44,512 bases of DNA from Vulcanimicrobiaceae bacterium (GTDB lineage Bacteria; Vulcanimicrobiota; Vulcanimicrobiia; Vulcanimicrobiales; Vulcanimicrobiaceae), in NCBI GenBank assembly GCA_050733775.1, contig JBOHTT010000242.1:1-44512 (forward strand), written 5' to 3'. The notes beneath the pieces were generated by a model. The model was given only the letters and a program-made list of their open reading frames with translations. It searched no databases and was not told where the DNA came from. Positions 41,174 to 44,512 of the stretch are shown one piece after another. The first letter of the stretch is position 1. Every line of letters begins with the position of its first letter. The translations under genes were made by a program, and so were the position numbers.

Positions 41174-43165
41174 GGCCTGACGTAACTCGCTCGCCTGAAT
41201 CGGTTTCGGGACGTAATCATCCATACCGGCCGCGAGACACGCATCGCGGTCACCCTCGAGTGCGTTGGCAGTCATTGCGACGATCGGAACGTGACGCCCG
41301 GTAAAATTCTCGGCGCGGCGAATTGCTCGCGTCGCCGCGAAGCCGTCCATCACGGGCATCTGACAATCCATCAAAACGAGATCGAATTCACCGGTCTTGA
41401 CGGCTTCAACGGCCTGCTGCCCGTCCGAAACGACCGTGACCTCACCGTCACATACACTCTGAAGCTGATGCCGTGCAACGCGCTGGTTCACCGAGTTATC
41501 CTCGACGACCAAAATGCGTCCGCGCCACCGTTCGCCGTTCAGCTGATCCGGCGCGCTGGCGATGACCGTTGGTTGCGGCCGCTGAAGCACACCGGCGATA
41601 CAATCGAAGAGGTTTGACTGCCGAATCGGCTTGATGAGCACGGCCGAAAATCCTCGCGCTATCGCATTCTTGCGTACGCTCCCCGAATCGTATGCCGTAA
41701 TCAGGATCATGCGAAGGTTCGCAAGATTCGGGTCTTTCTGGATCTCCGCGGCCAGCTCAAACCCGTCGTGCTCCGGCATGCGCAAATCGATCAGCGCGAC
41801 GTCGAACTGTTTGTTCTCGGCCTGCAAAGCCACGAGTGCGTCCGTCGTGCTGGGATAGCTCGCCGGTTTGAGACCCCACGACTCGAGCTGTCGAGCGAGT
41901 ATCTGCCGCGCGATTGCGTCGTCGTCGACGATCATCGCATTCAGGTTGCTCAGATCCAGCGTTTGGTCGACTTGCGGACGGTGCGGAGCGTTTGCAAACC
42001 GCGCCGTAAAACCGAACGTCGAACCCACGCCCTCTCGACTCTGCACGGTGATCGAGCCGTTCATCAGCTCGACGAGTCGCTTTGTGATCGATAAGCCTAA
42101 GCCGCTCCCACCGTAACGCCGCGCCATCGTTCCATCGGCTTGCGTGAACGGCTGGAAGAGTTTTTCGACCGCTTGCCGCGACATACCGATGCCGGTGTCC
42201 CCGACTTCGATGCGGAGCAATACTTCGTCGTCGGTAACCTCCTGCAGCGTCGCCACGATCGACACGGCTCCGACCTCGGTGAATTTGACGGCGTTGCCGG
42301 CCATGTTGATGAGAACCTGGCGCAGGCGATTGGGATCGCCCAACAAACGGCGCGGAATCTTTGGATCGACGTACGTCATCAAGGAAAGCCGTTTTACATG
42401 CGCTTGTGACGCGAGAAGATCGGCAACGCTCTCGATGACGCGAATCGGCTCGAACTCGAGGATCTCCAGACGCAGCTTGCCGGCCTCGATCTTCGAGAAG
42501 TCGAGGATGTCGTTGATGATCGAAAGCAACGAATACGCGGAATCGCGAATCGTTACCGCAAATTCGCGCTGCTCGGCCGTGAGACTGGTCTGAATCAATA
42601 GATCGCTCATGCCGATTATGCCGTTCATCGGCGTTCGGATCTCGTGGCTCATCGTTGCGACGAATTCGGACTTGAGGTTGGCCGCTTCGACGGCCTGATC
42701 GCGCGCAGCAGCGAGCTCTTTGCGCGTGCGCTCTCGCTCGCTCATGTCGCGGACGACGTTGATGAACACTTCCTCACCCCCGAGGAATGCGCGCTGCGCC
42801 GCATTTTCGGCCGGGAACGTCGTCCCGTCTTTGCGCACCTGCATCAGGTCGAAGCGCGCGGCTCCCGTCTCCAGGGACTCCATCGCCGCCGACAGGTCTT
42901 CTCCGCGCGACTCAGCCGCCCGCAGCTCCGGCGGGGTCATTTTCAACAGCTGGTCTTTGGTGTATCCGTAGGCCCGTTCCGCCGCCCGGTTGGCATCAAC
43001 GATACGGAGATCCGAGGCGCGAGCGATAAAGACGACGTCGTTGACGATCTCGAAAAGCACGCGATACCCGGAGAGCGCGGACACGCGGCGGCGGAGCGAC
43101 CGTACGACGAAGAGCAGGACGCCAACGGTAGCTACCCAGCCGATAGCAAGAGCCGCAATCAACAT
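41135..43165 (-). CDS. Hybrid sensor histidine kinase (TM-PAS-HisKA-HATPase-REC-REC)
   Basis: H-box SHEIRTPMNGIIG and G-boxes GDTGIGM/GGSGLGL. Two receiver domains (IVDDD...LIDLRMPEHDG; LVVEDN...LMDCQMPVMDG). Its 3' end overlaps the convergent SBP gene by 39 nt. Confidence 0.88.
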   Translation of the reverse strand: MLIAALAIGWVATVGVLLFVVRSLRRRVSALSGYRVLFEIVNDVVFIARASDLRIVDANRAAERAYGYTKDQLLKMTPPELRAAESRGEDLSAAMESLETGAARFDLMQVRKDGTTFPAENAAQRAFLGGEEVFINVVRDMSERERTRKELAAARDQAVEAANLKSEFVATMSHEIRTPMNGIIGMSDLLIQTSLTAEQREFAVTIRDSAYSLLSIINDILDFSKIEAGKLRLEILEFEPIRVIESVADLLASQAHVKRLSLMTYVDPKIPRRLLGDPNRLRQVLINMAGNAVKFTEVGAVSIVATLQEVTDDEVLLRIEVGDTGIGMSRQAVEKLFQPFTQADGTMARRYGGSGLGLSITKRLVELMNGSITVQSREGVGSTFGFTARFANAPHRPQVDQTLDLSNLNAMIVDDDAIARQILARQLESWGLKPASYPSTTDALVALQAENKQFDVALIDLRMPEHDGFELAAEIQKDPNLANLRMILITAYDSGSVRKNAIARGFSAVLIKPIRQSNLFDCIAGVLQRPQPTVIASAPDQLNGERWRGRILVVEDNSVNQRVARHQLQSVCDGEVTVVSDGQQAVEAVKTGEFDLVLMDCQMPVMDGFAATRAIRRAENFTGRHVPIVAMTANALEGDRDACLAAGMDDYVPKPIQASELRQALARWLPKHETLV

Positions 43166-43244
43166 TTGCGAGACTATGTACTTTTAGTACACACGATAAC
43201 CGCGATTGACACGATCCCCATAACCAAGGAGAGTTGGGCGTTGG

Positions 43245-44510
43245 TTACGGGCCCCGTTTTCGTCTGGTAAGCATGCCGCGGACGGCATCGTAAATACGCT
43301 GGACGTGAGGTAAGCGGTAGCGCCAGCGTTCCTCGTCTTCCGGCTCGGGAACGATCATCGTCGCGTTCGCCTCGAAGACGACGACGCGGCCATGGGCGTC
43401 GATCGAAAAGTAAATGCCGCCATAATCCAGATTGAGTATCTTTGCGGCGCGCCCCAGTGCATCCATTGCGCGGGCACCCAAGACCGCCGGCATATCGCGC
43501 AAGAACGCCTCGTCTTCGGCGCGATGCTCCGCATTCTCGGTCATGTCAGCGGAAAAGTAGTGCACCTTCCAATGGTCCGACACCGCAAGATGCAGCGGAA
43601 AGATCTCTCCGTCGACGATCACGACGCGATACTTTCGCACCTTGCCGTCGGCATTGCGCACGTCCAAGAACTCGATGAGCGTGAGCGCGCAGCCGGGAAG
43701 ACTCGGTGCTTCTCGCAGCTCTTCGGGCGAGTCGACCCGCAAGAAATATTCGCCGGTGTGGAAACCGGGCGAGCGGAGTAAGAACGGGTACTGCAGGCCG
43801 AGCTCGGCGACCGTGCTCGCGGCGCGTTCGGCAGCCAGCTCTTCGCGAGGAACGCTCCAGATACGCGGCGTCACGATGCCCTCGATGCCGGAAAAGCGCT
43901 GCGCCATGTCCGCCCGCGTCGTCCCTTGCACGCTGTGCGGCGCGTTCACGACGGGTGCGGTGCTGCGCGCCAGAATCGACGGCGCGACGGCCAACAGATT
44001 CGGGCATCGCTCCGCGTCGCCGATGGCGCTCCAGATCACGTCGTGTTCGGGCAACGGGACGCTCTCGTTCAAATGCTCGAGAAATACTTGGGTTTTGCGG
44101 AAGGCCGGATCGGCGAGAAAGTCGTGCGTGAAAACGTTGCCGCCGATCGCCGCTTCGACGACGAGAACCTCGATCGGACCGCCGGCGTACGCAAAAGGCG
44201 CGAGGAGGCTGCTCTTGCGCGGGGCGGCGGGTTGAGCGCGACCCAGTACCGTGCGCATACCCTCGTGCGCCATCGTGTTTTCAGGGTCGAATTTCAATGC
44301 GATCTCGAAATGCCGCCGCGCCGCATCGAAGTCGCGCTCGCTGACGTAGAGGCAACCCAGATTTGTGTGACCGAGCGAATTCTCAGGATGCCATTTCACC
44401 GCTTCGGTGAGGACGAGCATCGCCGCTTTCTTGTTGCCGCTCGAAAAAAGGAACGTCGCAAAGTCGTTCAGGATGCCGAAATGCTGGGCATCGTAACCGA
44501 GGAGTTCCAT
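43245..44510 (-). CDS. TPR-repeat protein with a C-terminal ATP-grasp-like domain (N-terminus may lie beyond the window)
   Basis: TPR-like N-terminus (GNKKAAMLVLTEAVKWHPENSLGHTNLGCLYVSERDFDAARRHFEIALKFDPEN). The C-terminal ~250 aa suggest an ATP-grasp topology (YPFLLRSPGFHTGEYF..., YRVVIVDGEIFPLHL, DYGGIYFSIDAHGRVVVFEANA). The frame is still open at the window edge. Confidence 0.6.
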   Translation of the reverse strand: MELLGYDAQHFGILNDFATFLFSSGNKKAAMLVLTEAVKWHPENSLGHTNLGCLYVSERDFDAARRHFEIALKFDPENTMAHEGMRTVLGRAQPAAPRKSSLLAPFAYAGGPIEVLVVEAAIGGNVFTHDFLADPAFRKTQVFLEHLNESVPLPEHDVIWSAIGDAERCPNLLAVAPSILARSTAPVVNAPHSVQGTTRADMAQRFSGIEGIVTPRIWSVPREELAAERAASTVAELGLQYPFLLRSPGFHTGEYFLRVDSPEELREAPSLPGCALTLIEFLDVRNADGKVRKYRVVIVDGEIFPLHLAVSDHWKVHYFSADMTENAEHRAEDEAFLRDMPAVLGARAMDALGRAAKILNLDYGGIYFSIDAHGRVVVFEANATMIVPEPEDEERWRYRLPHVQRIYDAVRGMLTRRKRGP

Positions 44511-44512
44511 GA

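Noticed and set aside
43166-43247. Hairpin taaccaa-N13-ttggtta overlapping the stop of the TPR gene, and a gtac-tttta-gtac palindrome
   Set aside because: The stems are short and AT-poor/weak with no U-tract, so this is insufficient to call a terminator or operator.

Overview
High-GC bacterial chromosomal window (no rRNA, tRNA or CRISPR seen). About 47 CDS are tightly packed, with many ATGA/GTGA/TAATG start-stop overlaps. All calls come from reading the ORF translations and DNA by eye; no searches were run. In order: (1) the 3' part of a TonB-dependent-receptor-like outer-membrane barrel with an odd C-terminal extension. (2) An intact IS3-family element (1438-2660: orfA/orfB, A7 frameshift site, about 31-bp imperfect inverted repeats, 5-bp direct repeat). 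It is inserted in one copy of a REP-like palindromic repeat family clustered at 1401-2960. (3) The most unusual locus, on the minus strand: a NarG-type molybdoenzyme alpha subunit (5879-9529) with no narH/narJ/narI. It is followed by a 669-aa fusion of a roughly 10-TM membrane module to a molybdenum-storage-protein (MoSto, amino-acid-kinase fold) domain, then a second MoSto-like subunit. A MarR-family gene is divergent, with a 7-1-7 palindrome in the shared intergenic region. (4) rel (RelA/SpoT) and apt. (5) Two small envelope proteins. (6) A c-di-GMP module: two convergent paralogous PilZ proteins plus a CHASE3-HAMP-GAF-GGDEF cyclase. (7) A lipoprotein, a small charged protein, a methyltransferase, a FAD oxidase and an ApbA-like reductase, lying downstream of a soluble GAF-LytS kinase/LytTR regulator pair. 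A 21-bp-periodic direct repeat sits in between. (8) A catabolic island of unknown substrate (2-hydroxyacid dehydrogenase, DUF1989-like, NitT/TauT-type ABC system, Rieske oxygenase, DadA-like FAD enzyme, VOC; divergently a beta-propeller protein, HpcH aldolase and LigJ-like hydratase). (9) TauE, msrA and a MaoC-like dehydratase. (10) A polar amino-acid ABC system, a stand-alone CheY, a second NitT/TauT-type ABC system, a convergent hybrid histidine kinase, and a TPR/ATP-grasp-like protein at the window edge. The many long Arg/Ala/Pro-rich ORFs in other frames are treated as GC-driven shadow ORFs.
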